Notes: a model not told the origin generated them from the letters alone. A stretch of DNA of 64,000 bases from Schmidtea polychroa (GCA_044892525.1 CM097887.1:72850001-72914000); one strand, 5' to 3'; numbered from the stretch's first letter, positions 50,151-64,000 are shown. Made by a program: numbers and translations.

Positions 50151-52319
50151 TAAAATGCAGTATTTTAATTGCGTCGATGATAATTCATATTTTTGACTGG
50201 AATTTCCACACGAAGCTGCATTTTTATTTCCAAAATTGAATTTACTGCCGCTGCCATTTTTAATGTTTGTGTTGTATATATTAAATTGTCGTATTTCATT
50301 TGAGATTTTTTATAAAATAATATAATAAAGTAACGTAATTTGTTATATCTTTATTCGGTTAAATCCTATTTTAATTTGAAAACTTGTTAGAAGTTAGTAC
50401 ATCAAAAATTTATGACCAATTCTGTTAAATAGGCAATTTCAAAAATATAAATCAAACTAATCTAACGTACTTAGAACGCTGGAAGTTTGCGATTTTGTCC
50501 TAAAGATTTAAAATATAAATAATTTTTCTCAGATTAATGGTAGCTGACAAATATTACATGATTCAGAGAAATTTTGTTTAATATTTCGTTTAATGAAAAT
50601 TGTTTATTTTCTAAGCCTATTTCAAATTTTTAAAATCAGTGGTTTCCAAATTGTGATGAAAAACTGTTTTTTATTAGCAAAAAATCGAATTCTGCTACGT
50701 TAATTTATAGCCAATTGCTATTTTCTTATTAAATGTGTCTATAATATGGACATTTTACTGAATCGTACGGTTCGTGTGCCCACTATGAAATAAGAACTAC
50801 TGTCAGATTTATACATGACAAATAAAATAACAAAAAAGTTTAAATTTGCTTATAAACACAAATAAACATATCTAACACATAAATCGGAAGCGTCCGGCAT
50901 TTGTCACGATTTGTTTTCACGGGAATATACTGTCTCTGTCGCGAAAAGGTTAAGAATTAAAAAATTCGAATTTGAAAATATATTGAAGATTTTTTCGTTT
51001 ATTGATAATCAATTTTAAAATGTTTTCATAATAACTGGGGTTTACAAAATCTGAAAATTTGTGTCATTGAAACTAGAAATTGCATACGGATCTGTTATTT
51101 GAAAGAACGCTACCAAAAATTGTGCTAAAAAGATAATGCCGAACAAATGAATGTTGAATGTTAAACCAGTGATGCGCAAACTTTTTCGGACTGTGACCCC
51201 TTCGTTAACTAAAAAAATTATTCCACATCACGTAGCAATATTTATTGAAAAAATTCGAGTAAAATTTTTAACAAGTGCAGTTATACAAAATTTAAAGAAA
51301 AATTTTTATTAGATATTTCAAAATGATAAACCAATTTTTTCGACCTCTCTTGAGTACTGCTGGTCTAAATGACAATCAAAAATTATGATAGTTTAAATAT
51401 TAGTCCTTACTCAATAGAACGCAAAGATCTACTGAAAAACATAAAATTGAAATGCAACGTGAGATTCGTGAGACTCAACTGAAGAAAAACTATTGTAAAT
51501 TATAAGTTTAATTTGTTGAGGTCCTAATAATATTAATTGAGGTCCCAACTTTTACTGATGTTCTATATAAATAAAGAAATAAAAACAAACGGTATTTGGT
51601 GGATTACAGATTGTAATCGAGAATTTGGTGGTGGGTTACAGGTAATTTTACCTGTTCGTGCTGTTTCCCGCGTAACCCAGAATACAAGGTTGCTTTGCCA
51701 TTAGATAACAGTTGAGTAATCAACGTTGGAACTGTATCAAATGGGTGAGTACTTGCAAAATGTGAGTGTACTTTTGTACACTATAGTTGGCAAGCACTTG
51801 AGCGTGTTCCCGGACTACCCTTAGAAGGCATAAATTCGACTTAGTTTTAAGCACCTTCTTTATTTCGTTGATCTCTTTACTATGGTTAGAAATCATAATA
51901 TCGGCTATGGCAAAAGTCGTACTAACAATCGCACTAAGATTTATTTTGGATCGAGTCTAAGATTGCGCAAGCCTTTCGTGCATCCTGGTTAATATAGCTT
52001 GGGGTTCTATCATCGCGGTATGGTTGTTGAAATTTCATTATAAATTAAACTCATGTGACGTCATTTACCTGCTTGATGTTATTTACAATAATAGTCGATA
52101 GGCATGTTAATAATTAAAGGCCCCGGAGCGGGAAATCGTAAATTGTACACTTTGTCTTAGTTACGGATTCGAATTTAGATTAGTGATTAGCGGCCATACT
52201 ATTCCACATTAGCTAGTAATTGAAATAAGATTATATAAAATCATATATTTTTTGGCACACACCTCACTATGGGAGTCAAGGATTATTAATTAATTTGGGT
52301 TAGAACTGATTTTGAACCC

Positions 52320-52620
52320 AAATGGTTGAATCGTGACTGAAAGATGTTGGAACATAGCACGCAAATATAACATTAAGTCGAGTACACCTAAAACACGTCT
52401 GAAAATCAACTTAACAATTAAAAAAATCACTTATCGCAAAAATAATAAACCGAAAGTAAAAATAAAATGAAACTAAAGCAAGAAGTATTACATGAAGTCA
52501 ACTCAAACACATACATAACAGAATTAAGCAAAATTGAATTAATGGCGATAAGGAGAGATAGAAATGGAAATTAGAAAGATTTTCACAAAATAACATCAAA
52601 AAATGAAGTAGAGTTAAAAA
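52320..52620 (+). repeat. Dispersed repeat homologous (inverted) to 60290-60495 and 59330-59400
   Basis: Shared words CGTGACTGAAA..GGAACATAGCAC, CAACTCAAACAC and GATGGAAATTAGAAAGATTT.CACAAAATAAC. Confidence 0.7.
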
Positions 52621-53719
52621 TTACAATAAGAATAAATTTAAAAACCAGAATATTCTGTAAAATGGTGAAATTCATTATGACTGTCAAGTAATTTAGCAAA
52701 GTTAGCTAAAAAATAAACAATTAATAATTAAACTAACAACAAGCAAATGAAATAACATAAGAAATAAAAGAAAAGACAATATATATACTGAAACCACTAA
52801 AACAACATAGAATATTCCAGAAACCGTCCATATCCATCATGGCCGCAAATTTAAATAAAAAAAATAAAATATATAAATTAGAAATGTAAAATAAATAATA
52901 ATTTACGAAAAATCAACATCAAAATTGATAAAATTCAAATTCAAAATTAAGTAGAATTATAATAATTCAAATTTGTCTTCTGAATCAATTTAAGCACTCA
53001 TACTTGCTCACTAAAATTTTAGTTCGTGCATAGCTCCAAGGTCTCGACATAACACTAAGAATTCACCTTATCAAATTCCAGTTGGCCGGAGCGATGGACA
53101 TTTTATTAACTAATATAACAGACTCATAGACCATAATGACTACATACTTAAATCACATTTAAATACAAAGATTATAAGACACTAAGAGTTCGCTTCCCAA
53201 ACGACCATTGGGCTGAGAGAAACGAGCATTTCAACATTATTGACGCAAAATCATCACCACATACAATGAAGACTAGAATTACTTCAACATCACTGAATAT
53301 ATAGGGCATACCATCATGGTTTGATAAACAAGATATAAGTGCAGATCCCTGTCAAAAACTTACAAACCATCAATATTAACTTCGATTTTGCGGACATACG
53401 TTTAGGAAGGAACCGTGCTGAATTTTTCCAAAGGCAGATTTTACTTTTGTAAATTCAAGGAATAAAGGCTTAAAATAAAGGCAGATCTCTGCCTAATTTT
53501 TAAAGTCAATTTTAAACTTGAAATTCCGGTCCAAAGATTTTAGGAGTCAATTTTAATTTTGATTTTAAAGAAATAACTGAATACAAAAGTGGGAAGGAAG
53601 TCCCATGAGGTGTAATGAGTAGTTATTTTATGAAATAAAGAATTTCGATTACGTACCTAAATTGGAGGGAGTGAAGTAATGTAGGCTAAATGTGATTTTC
53701 TCTTAAACATTTAAAAAAA

Positions 53720-55570
53720 ATTAAAAAATGCCTTTGAAGCACAATCAAGTCTAGTGGAAGATTTACAAAACTCTTTGAGCTATCGAAAAGCCAATTCAAC
53801 TGTCGACGACTACATCAAGACTATAGAAAAAATTTTTAAGCTTGTAATGAGGCATAAATTTTCAATCAGTAAATTAACAGCATTTTGATTAAAATATTGA
53901 TAGGACTATGAAGAAGACAGAAAAGAATGTTAACGTTACTAAATTACAGAGGACTTAATTGAAGCAAAACTCTACAATGAAGAAAGGAAAGTTGATAATG
54001 AAGAAGAACACAGGTCCAGTGCCAAGTAAATACATAAAATGTATTTTGAAAAAAGTGGAAGAATCGAAACTGCAATGAATAAAAGGAGCTAAGTGGAAGT
54101 TATTCATAATAATTACAAGTCAATGAAGTCTAAATCTCTGTTTAAGAATAATAATTTCCAATATAGATGTGAAAACTGAAATTTTCAGTAGACCCAATCG
54201 ATTTTAACGCCAAATTTAATGTTATGGATTCAAAGAAGAAAGTCATATCAAAGGAGAATGTCCAAATGTTAAATGTTCCCATTGTAATGGAGATGGCGAT
54301 TTACAATTTCAATGATTTTTGACAGACATACTGGACGAAACCAAATTATTAGATTTAAGAGACAGTTAAATTTTTGCAAATTTCAATAAAGAAAGAAATC
54401 TGAGAAATTATGAAAATTCTAATAATAACGAAAGTAATGACAACTTTAGGAATTTTAGAAATCACCACAATGATCGAGATTACAAACAGCGCGATGCAGC
54501 TATGAATGATGAGAAGTTACTAATGGAGGATAGATGTAATGACGAGTCGGAAAACTATCAAGGTCTAATCAGAAAGGGTTGTGCTAGGAGCCCCCAATCA
54601 AAAGTAACTAATAATAGTGCTAATATGAGACTGTTAAAGTATGCATGTATTAAGGAATGTTTGAATGAATGTTTTTATGATTTTGAATGTTTGTTTAATA
54701 AAGATAATTTTAATGAATTTACAGGTTGTAGGTAAAACGCGGGATTGCGGGATGGGGAAATCGCGGGAAAGCAACAAGTAAAAAGCGAAACAAAGAAACC
54801 AATAACAGCCCAATTTCAAAATTGAATCAACTTTTTGAGTAGTTTGAATATGAAACTAGAATATCGCAAAGGCGAATTACATTTCAATGCAGATTCTCTA
54901 TCTAAAATGGATATTATATATTGCTCACAGTATAACCTTCAATCATCCAGATGCAAAAATAAAGTAAATGAGAACTCGAATTTTGCCTATGACCGACAGT
55001 GGAGGCATTTTAAAGTGGCAAAATAAAAACGATGAAATCGAAAAGATTAAAAATCTTGCCAATATCACGGGCAACCAACCAAAAATTTGCTAATTGACAA
55101 TTTGAATAAATATGAAAATAAAATTTATATTACGAAGGATCACAAAGATCTTAGCTGATGAAATCACTAAAATTATGATAAAGGCTTGTAAGTTTGTCAA
55201 AAAAGAAAAATTTTCACATCAAAATCGCTTGAAATAGTTCATAGATGAACCATTTGGAAGTTTATTCATTGATTTGTGTGATCCACTTAAGATAACGTTT
55301 AGTTGAAAAAAGTTTATTATGCTCATGATTGACCAATTCAGAAACTATGTTGTTTTAGAAGTTGTTGAGGATGGCATGTAACATTCTATTAAATAAATGG
55401 ATATTAAAATGTGGTTCACCAAAAGTAATCTACGTAGATAGAATAAATGTTTTGAATCAAAGAAATTTAAACTACTAGATACTGAACATAATATCAATTT
55501 AAATTTCTCGAGCCCATATCATCACCAAACAAATGACCAAGTGGAAAAACAATTTCGAACAATATTAACT
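53720..55570 (+). pseudogene. Highly degenerate, internally deleted relative of the 20-25 kb Gypsy family
   Basis: SLVEDLQNSLSY (gag), a knuckle remnant, LNMKLEYRKGELHFNADSLS (RNase H end) and VEKQFRTI (integrase). Confidence 0.75.
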
Positions 55571-56509
55571 TTCAATTTAACTTGAGGATCGATATTGATC
55601 TTAATTTCGGTCTTTCATAAACACAGTCACTCTGTATTTCTTTGTCCTGTTTTATAATATTTATTGATGGTGAACATGTTCACAGGCCTACCCTCATTAT
55701 CTAGAAAATTGACAAAATTTTCTTAAATAATTTTTAAATTTACTTGGTAAAGATTTTACGGAAAGATCGCTGAAGATCTAACACGATTATCCACACACAG
55801 AAAAACTTTGGAAGAGTCACGCTTATATCAAATTAAAGTACTGTAGATTGAATGAAGGTATTATAAATAGATTCCTTTTGTTTGAGTCAAAATTTTGTAA
55901 ATATAATTTGTTTTAGAATTGTATCTGAAAGTTAGAGCTATATCAGAGAAAAGCAATAAATCAAAGAGAAAGAAAGAAAGTCGTTAAATATCAAAAGTTA
56001 AGGGGACGTGTATTCGTCTTGGCCTGATTAACTTAATTCAGTAGGCGCGGATTTACGCTACTTTGGCTACCTAAATTAGTACCATAATCAATCTATATTT
56101 GTAAAATGTATTTCTGAAAAAACAGAAATATATTTAATTTAACTTACAAATAAAAAATGAATATTAGTTTGTAGCTTTACTTAACTTTTGTGGATAGGAT
56201 TTTTTAGGCCATGACTTATTTTTGAACTTTTAATAGTTAGTTTGATAAAGAATCTTTGTAATTTGCATTATGTAATAATTTATTATGAATATCTAAATTT
56301 AAATTATTAATCATTTTGAGAATCATGAACATAAAATAATAATAAAATGAAGCAAATGTTTCATCTTTATATTATTTCATTGCATTAAGATTCTTTGTTA
56401 ATTATAGGAAATCATTTTTAACTTCAAATTAAAAATTTTTTTTTTTGTATTAAATATTGTTTTAATGTTTTTAAGTTATTTAGATATTTCAAAAACTATT
56501 TCGAATCTT

Positions 56510-57159
56510 ATGGTATGGTTATTATTTACTTTTATCTACATTATTAATCACAATTTGAAATAAACTCCTTTTCCTTAAATTTTATTTAAAATAAATTCTT
56601 TATTGGGGAAATTTTTTGTAATTCATTTTACCAAAGTATGTATTTAAGGCTTCTGGAGTGAAATGCAACCCAATTGTTAGTGAATATTTTGAAGATATTA
56701 AGCTTCATCATAAATATCAATATCTTATTTATGGCCTGAATAGCTCTCTAACCGAAATCAACATTTTAGAATGTGGCGAAAAGAGTATGATTTTATATTA
56801 AGTACGTCATTAATGATAATTGAAGATTCATCATATGAACATTTTAAACAACAATTGATCAAATTGAAAGATGACAAAAAGGATGGCGCATATGCAATAT
56901 TTGATTATCCCTTAGAAAATAAAGGTGACCTGTTAATATTTATTTGCTGGTAATTTTGAAATAGCTTTGTTTTCATATTAAACGTATCTTCAGGATTCCA
57001 ATTGATTTACCAGTTAAAAAACGAATGATATTGGCTTCTTCTAAAGATGCAATTAAAAAAAAATTAAAGGGTATCAGAATATCGATCGAGGCTACCGAGG
57101 TAGAGGACATTGAAGAAGACGTAATTAGATCAAAATGTGTTGCGTCTCGTCAAATTTAA
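56510..57159 (+). CDS. ADF: ADF/cofilin; exons 56510-56512, 56649-56784, 56826-56949, 56994-57159
   Basis: ATG-only first exon, typical of ADF/cofilin. Spliced product MASGVKC...YAIFDY...LIFICWIP...KKRMILASSKDAIKKKL. GT-AG introns of 136, 41 and 44 bp with consistent phases. Confidence 0.92.
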
Positions 57160-60100
57160 CCTTTCAATTTATTGATAATTGACTTTCGAATCTAATTTGC
57201 ATTTAGATTTTCCGGCATGCTTTCCTAAACAGAATTGCTTGTTAGACAGTGCTCGCTTTCAAACGATGTATATAAATATTTTTTGAAGGACCATAGAAGC
57301 ATTATTTTTTTCAAATCTAGTTAATATAATTTCATTTTATTCATTATTTGATTTATTGAAACGGTGTAAGTGAAATTGAATATAGTAAATTATGTATTAC
57401 TTTTAATTATTGAGGTATTATTTTAATGTTTAATTGTTGGCCAAACGCTGACTTATTGAAATAAAGCAAACAATGCTGCAAGTTATCAACAATTATCACT
57501 CAATTCGATTTAGCGTATGTTGTATTATCTAAGACGTATTAAATGAGGGGTTGTGTTCTCCTTCCTTTCCTTCTACTTGTTGGGCTGAAACCGAGAATTG
57601 AGTTTGTTTTAATGAATCGGAAATACATAACATAAAAACCGAACCAAGTTGAACTAAAATCCATGGTCATACACCAATTAATACAAAATAAAATACAACA
57701 CAATGAGGATAAATAAAACACGTATAATAAAATGAAGAAACGCAAGAAGCTGCAACCACCAACACGGTTAGGAGAAATATCGCATTCGAAAAATCTAACT
57801 GGAAAATAAAATAATCGGTAATAAATAAATTAATAATATGAAAATGTTTTAAATAAATAAATTTAAAAATTGAAACTAAAATATCCAATAAACAGGGTAG
57901 CTAAGATCGGTTGTAGGAAGATAAGGTTCAGTTTGGGCAATCTTATAGAATCTAAGAATGGCTAGGATCTCAAATAGGGTAGAATTAGAAATACAGACAG
58001 ATCCCTACTCAAATTTTATTGGAAGTATGGAACCACATTTATAAACTTGGAAATATGGGCCGATCCCTGCTCAAATGTTTTGAAAGATAAGTTAAATATT
58101 CAAAAATATCACGGAAAATGCATAGTAACATTTATTAGTAGGAAAATAAGGGCGGATACCCGCGAACAATTTGAAGACAACATTAGAAAACATCTAATAA
58201 CGAGGACCACAATTAAACGAATACATGGCAATACCCTAACAATAGAATAGATATGGAATAATGACGTAAGACCTTCTATCGGCTGTCTAGAACCCGAAAC
58301 GAAAATACAATGAGGAGTAATTTTAGCAATAGAGCTAACCTGTTCATTGTTTTTCAACCATTGTGTACAGTACCAATATGGTCGTCGCCATAGGTACACA
58401 ACTGGCAAGAACATAATAGTCATGAAGGCATTAGGAAGGAGTCGATTCAACATCTATAAATACCCCTGACACACCCCTAAGCGACCAACATACTCATGAG
58501 AACATTGACTTACAATAAAAAATAGACTAAACCTGATAAATATCTTTAAATGTGTAATTTAGAAATATCAGTAAAGGAAAAGAGGATAAAATAACAATAC
58601 AATTTGGCAATTGGGCAAAAGTTACATGGGTCAATTTTAGAGAATCTAGCTTTCTTACGTTCCCAACATTTTTGATCACGTACGTAAAATTCAAAACCTG
58701 ATTCCTGCACAGAAAGGGGATTCAACATAATTAGCGGTAAAAAATTTTGGGATTGATATAATCAAGACTTCATTTTATCAATGGAACATTGAATTTACAT
58801 TTTTATTGAATTTTGTAAAATTTTCCGTGTTTCCGATACTGATTATTGTTGCAGAACTTGCAGAACCAAAGCGGTTACAGTGAGACTTATTGAATATTGA
58901 AAATAGGCATTTTATTGAGATATTCAGATTTTTGTAAATTGTAGATCATACAAATTTGATTACAAATATACGTTATGTGTTGTTCATCTAATTTTTTTAC
59001 AGAACACGTGGAGTCAGAAACACCGACGTTAATAATTACCTAATTAAAAACTCTTAAAATTAAAACATTATTATTATATGTATTATAAAAAGAAAATTAA
59101 ATACTTGTGCTAATGAAGACTAGTTTTGCACTAACCGAGGTGCTACTTCATACGATTTTAAAATATATTTTACAAGATAGTAGTGATGGAAAATGTAAAT
59201 AATAATGTTGTCGTTATTATAATCTAAGAATTAAAAATTTGTGATAAATTGTAGAATAGAAAATAATTAAATTAGGAATATCCGGAATTTCAGGAGGTCA
59301 AACGACCTTCCTTGTCCGTTAGTGCCAGGTTATTTTGTGGAAATCTTTCTAATTTCCATCTCTACTTTCTCTTATCGTCATTAATTCACATTTGCTTACT
59401 TCTGTTGAGTTATTTGGTTGGTGATAATTTATACACAGTTAAAATTCTTACTCTGACTCCAAGCGTGTCTTTGACTGACCCACAAATAACACTTGACAAC
59501 CGAAATGTTTATTGATAATTACAAATAATTTTCACTTTACACTGATAATCAATTCAACACTCTGCTAAGTGACTATACAATGCTTATTTCAACACTCCGT
59601 GAAGAATAGCACTAGTGTACAACACCGGATTGAAAAATCACTAACTACTGATTGGTTTATCGACTGGGACTTTGAGTTGATTGTTTTCTTTGATTTTCTT
59701 TGACAACTTTATTCAAATATTCAAATAACTTCTCTTAGTTTATATCTCAACTAATTCTTTTCTGCAAATCTTCTCCAACAATTATTCTTCACAAGTCGTT
59801 TTCCACTAAAGTTTTGCCTGACTTGTCTAGATTGTCGTCTCAATTTTTGTCTCAATTTTGTCACTCTCTCTTTTGTGTCCACCAGTTTCTTTTTATATAG
59901 TTTCTTTTGTTTGTGGCACTAGAGATAATCAAATTTTTTCAACTTTTCTTTCTCTGACAGATGTCGAGATATGTTTTCCTTCTTCCTTTTTTGTTAGGCC
60001 GGCTTCTTCCGCCAATTCCGATATCTTTGACAAGCTGTCAAAATATCCCTTTTTCCTCTTGTTCTGTTTATGGAATTTAAAATTCCTTTTCTCCTTTGTA

Positions 60101-60872
60101 CTAATTAATTAGAACTGGCGTTTGTTTTTATTTTCTTTTCTGATTTCTTTTGTTTCATTCCTCTTCCTCATTTCTCATTTCGTTTTGCTTCCGTTTTCTT
60201 TTTCGAGGTCTCATAGATCGTCCTGTTTGTCATGATGATCTTCCTTATGGTAATTTCCTTATTTCTTATACTATTTATCATTTAGGTATCCTCAACACTT
60301 CTGTTGTATATATTTTGTGTTTGAGTTGGTTTCGTGTCATGCTTATTGCTTTTGTCTCATTTTGTTTTACTTTTGTGTTTATCATTTAGATGTTGTGTAA
60401 ATTCTGTTAGTTTTGATAACTTGGTGTTTCTACGTGTTTTTTAGTTTGGCTCGACTTGCTGTTGTGTCTATGTGCTATGTTCCGACGTATTTCAGTCACG
60501 CTTCAGCTATATCAGCTTGAAATAAGTTTTTCCCAACATTTGTATAAAAATTTGTTGACATTTAATAGTGTCTTGTGTTGGTTTTTATCTTAATAACTGA
60601 AACAAAGAGCACGAGGAGCCAGAATAAGTACCTACTTAAACGGCAATAACCGAACAATATATTCAAAAAATCCATACAATTTAACCGATAAATTTAAACA
60701 ATTTTTGGTTGATTTAACGGTTTTATTAGCCATATTTCTAAAATCAAAAATAAAATATATTAATTTTATCAATTTTTACATATTTATTCAATATTACAGA
60801 AAATAATGTGTAAAAAGATTAAAAATTAAAAATATTACCTGATGCGAAGAGAAATCTTTACATCTCCTACAC

Positions 60873-60910
60873 AGTACTGATGACAGCCGAAAGCTCGAAA
60901 CTAGTCTACT
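60873..60910 (+). ncRNA. Minimal type I hammerhead ribozyme motif (probably decayed)
   Basis: AGTA-CTGATGA-CAGC(CGAAA)GCTC-GAAA-CTAG-TC-TACT. Core boxes are intact, stem I AGTA/TACT pairs, and palindromic ACTAGT takes the place of stem III. Confidence 0.65.
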
Positions 60911-62177
60911 TAAGAATGCAAAACCGAAATTACCGGTAAATTGGAAACAAAATTATCGGTAATTTTGGTTTTTTTTTAAATTATTTCAATATTATCCTTG
61001 AAAAATTACTTAACTATATTTTAAATTCATATCAGTTAACCAAATTAATCAATTAAAATTATAAGTCCTGAAAATTGTGTTAATTTGAGGTCATAGTAGA
61101 AATTCGTTTTAAATTGTGAAGTTACATTACAGTTCATTATAATTCTGCTATCTTACTTTAAATATTTGTTTAAGTATTTCATAATTGTGTTAAATTGTGG
61201 GTTGGTGAAGTGGAAGAGGGAGAAGAATATTACCTACCTGGAGCTTTCATATTTGAATTTGATGAAAGTGAATGAAAGTGATGTTTCAAACGAAACTATA
61301 TAACCAATTATAACAAAAATTCGACGAGTGGCAAAATTATTTCGTCGTTCCCACATGAAAAATGATGTTCTTCAACAGCACGTGAAAAATTAATTTAGGA
61401 AAGTAGTATGTTTCATTTTGGATAGTAGGACAAGATGGGACAGCTTATTAGATATGGTTGAACGCTTCTATCAATTAAAATCATGTGCCAGAAAGAGTTA
61501 TTGATTTAAATATTGAAATTTCTTTTTCAGAATATGAAATTGATTTTATTAACTCTATAATATCTGCTTTCCTACCTGTAAAATTGGCTGTAGAAGCCTT
61601 AGGTACATCTGATTGTACATTATTGAATGCCGATGTCGCCATAAATTTCATGCTTGATGAATTGCCTGCACAATTTAGTACTATAAAAAAAGAATTAAAA
61701 TATGAATTAATTTTAGGAGTACAAGAGCGTCTCACAAGTTTTTCCAATATTATCCAGTTTATGCAAAACTCGCTTGAATTTATGAATATTCATCTAGAGC
61801 AGGGATTCCAAACATTTGGTATGCGTACCAGTACTGGTACGTGAATTACTTTACTATATATAAAACAAAAATCTAATAAAAATCTGTTGTGCAAAAAAAA
61901 CATGACTATAATAACCCATACATTTTAATATTTTACAATTTTTAATTTTCTAAATTTTTAATGCTATTTGCAACCACATATTTATGTGAAACAGGATTTT
62001 CTGCAATGACTGCGATGAAAACCAAGTATAGAGCTTTGCCGGACATTGAATCGGATCTTCACCTTAAACTGAGAAACATTGAGCCCGATATTTCTTCTTT
62101 AGTTAATAATAAATAAGCCCAACCTTCTCAATACTATTTTTTAAGTCATAATTATATTTTATTTATATGTTTAGCAG

Positions 62178-62242
<65 letters not shown>

Positions 62243-62990
62243 GCTTTGCATTTTATACACTATTAAAAAAATTAAGTTTACTGGTATGCAATCAACGTTC
62301 ATGTACAGCACTATGAAAAGATTGGGAATAGAGGATAATTACAATTTAATAAACCTGAATTTACAAAAATTATTGTGTCTCTTATTGAACGCTTAAACGT
62401 TATAAATGACAGTGAATGGAACAACGAATAAAATGATGTCAGTCTATTTGAAGTCGTTGAAAAAGCATTATCCATGAAAGGTAGGTTCAAATTGGCTATT
62501 GAACAAAATAATGACTTAAAATTAAATTCCCGCGCTCTAATAAAAAAAAATCCGCAACCTTAACGATACTGATTAAAACGATACTGTGCATGAAGACGAA
62601 AAAAAGCCGTGGTAAATATTTAACGCTGGCATTCAACTTTTTTCATCAATAAAACCAACAAGGGTTGAACCATAGCGAGATTTTTCATCAGCAGAGGTAA
62701 TATTCACAAAAATAAAATCTAGACTTAGAAATACCACAATAGATACGATCTGTCTGCACAATAAGATCTTCTAATAGATATTTAAAAGATTTTTTTAATG
62801 TTTTTGTGTTGTTTCATTAATATTGAATAAATTATTGAAAAAATATGTATTTATTTAACTTCCTGGCTATTTCTAATACATAATTTTTAATTTAAAAGAA
62901 TTTACAGGTAATTTACCCGTAAACCGGTTTTTATTATAAATATTTACCGTTTACCGGTAAAATCAAAACTCGGTAATTTTGCATTCCCTA
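60911..62990 (+). mobile_element. hAT element with a degenerate transposase
   Basis: TIR TA(A/GG)GAATGCAAAA. TSD AGTCTACT/AATCTACT (7 of 8). Fragments ILDSRTRWDSLLDMVERF and LPVKLAVEAL. Confidence 0.8.
62181..62240. repeat. (AT)30 microsatellite
   Basis: Perfect dinucleotide run. Confidence 0.98.
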
Positions 62991-64000
62991 AATCTACTAT
63001 TAGAATCTGCATTGGGTATCACAAAACTTTTCATCTTTTCACTAATTTAAGTTTATAATTTAAAAAATATCTACAGCAATAACAATGCTTTATTTATATA
63101 TTCTTAGAAATTAAAAAAATATATTAAACATAAATTTTAAAGAAGCCTTTTAAGAGCTACATTTTAGTACAGTTAAAATCCATTACCTAGTTAACACGGG
63201 CTTATAAGGTAAATAGTAAAATCTATTTCACTCATTTAGATCTATTTATAATATAAGGAAATTAAAATTTTATGTTATTCACACCTATAATTTGATAATA
63301 TTCATATGAATATATTAATAAATTAATATTGTTTTTATAAAAAAGACGGAAGATAAAAATAGCTTTATTCAATACCAATAACATAATGAAATCAATTTGT
63401 TTTCCCGCGTAGGCGCAGCAAATGAAATAAATATGTAGAGATCAGTGCTCAGATATCGAAATTACCAGAGAAAAAAGCTGCCACCGTCGAGGGAACACAA
63501 TAATAATAATAATAGAAACACACGCACACATTATAAACTCTGGAATCCATTTATACAATAACCACAATAGATATAATATAATACTTTTTACATTATTTAT
63601 TCACTGTTTCTATAGAAAATTTTTAATTTTTTACATAGTTGAGCTACTTGTAAAACTATCCTATACGAAACACCATATCAATCAAACATTTGAAACTTCA
63701 AAAAATAAAAAATAGATAGAATGATATGTAGAGTAAATGATATAAAAAGAAATATTTGACAACAGATTGATTTGTCAAAATTTTAGAATCTGTTTTTGCT
63801 GATTGACTAGTCTGAAATAAAAACACAAATTATATTATGGAGAAAAAGTATGGTAAATTTTCCCATCAAAACCAAAACTGAATGTACCTTTATGTTCCAT
63901 TCAATTGCGTTTTCTCGACAAACAGCCGCACAGTCGAGAAAATTTGTTACGAGTTTTCGATTTTTTCTTTACAACAGTTGCAATAAGTTGTTTTGGTGAC

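Noticed and set aside
51600-52300. Possible non-LTR RT remnants here, at 4480-5000 and at 57900-58480
   Set aside because: Only weak, scattered motif resemblance (for example PFDTVP), too degenerate to call.
63300-63600. Hydrophobic minus-strand frame (LWLLYKWIPEF...FPRRWQLFSL)
   Set aside because: It is bounded by in-frame stops with no usable acceptor, and no family was recognised.
1-64000. CRISPR arrays, rRNA, tRNA genes, prokaryotic operons
   Set aside because: None seen. The window is spliced eukaryotic DNA and its repeats are TIRs, LTRs or simple duplications.

Overview
Very AT-rich, intron-containing eukaryotic DNA, most likely animal. The 41-73 bp introns and divergent proteins resemble reduced parasitic animals such as myxozoans or orthonectids; this is an inference, not an identification. 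Three host genes lie on the + strand. (1) A full-length-type eIF4G, with eIF4E-binding motif, MIF4G, MA3 and a divergent W2, is split over about 9844-47452 and has both tiny and multi-kb transposon-filled introns. (2) RPB8 is intronless (49662-50150). (3) ADF/cofilin has 4 exons (56510-57159). Most of the rest is transposon-derived. There is a structurally complete Ty3/Gypsy element (20214-25254, 5-bp TSD), the 5' part of a sister element at the left edge, and other Gypsy remnants. There is also a Penelope-like element between ~240-bp inverted repeats, a Helitron helicase remnant with an internal inversion, IS630/Tc1, mariner, pogo, MULE and hAT remnants, and several MITEs with TSDs. The most notable signals are a minimal hammerhead-ribozyme motif at 60873-60910 and the Gypsy architecture: gag opens inside the LTR and reads through the PBS, a -1 frameshift site is conserved in two copies, and the pol stop codon is the first three LTR bases. 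Also notable are near-identical LTRs around an internally dead element, and an eIF4G W2 that has lost its aromatic/acidic boxes. All exon models and alignments were made by eye.
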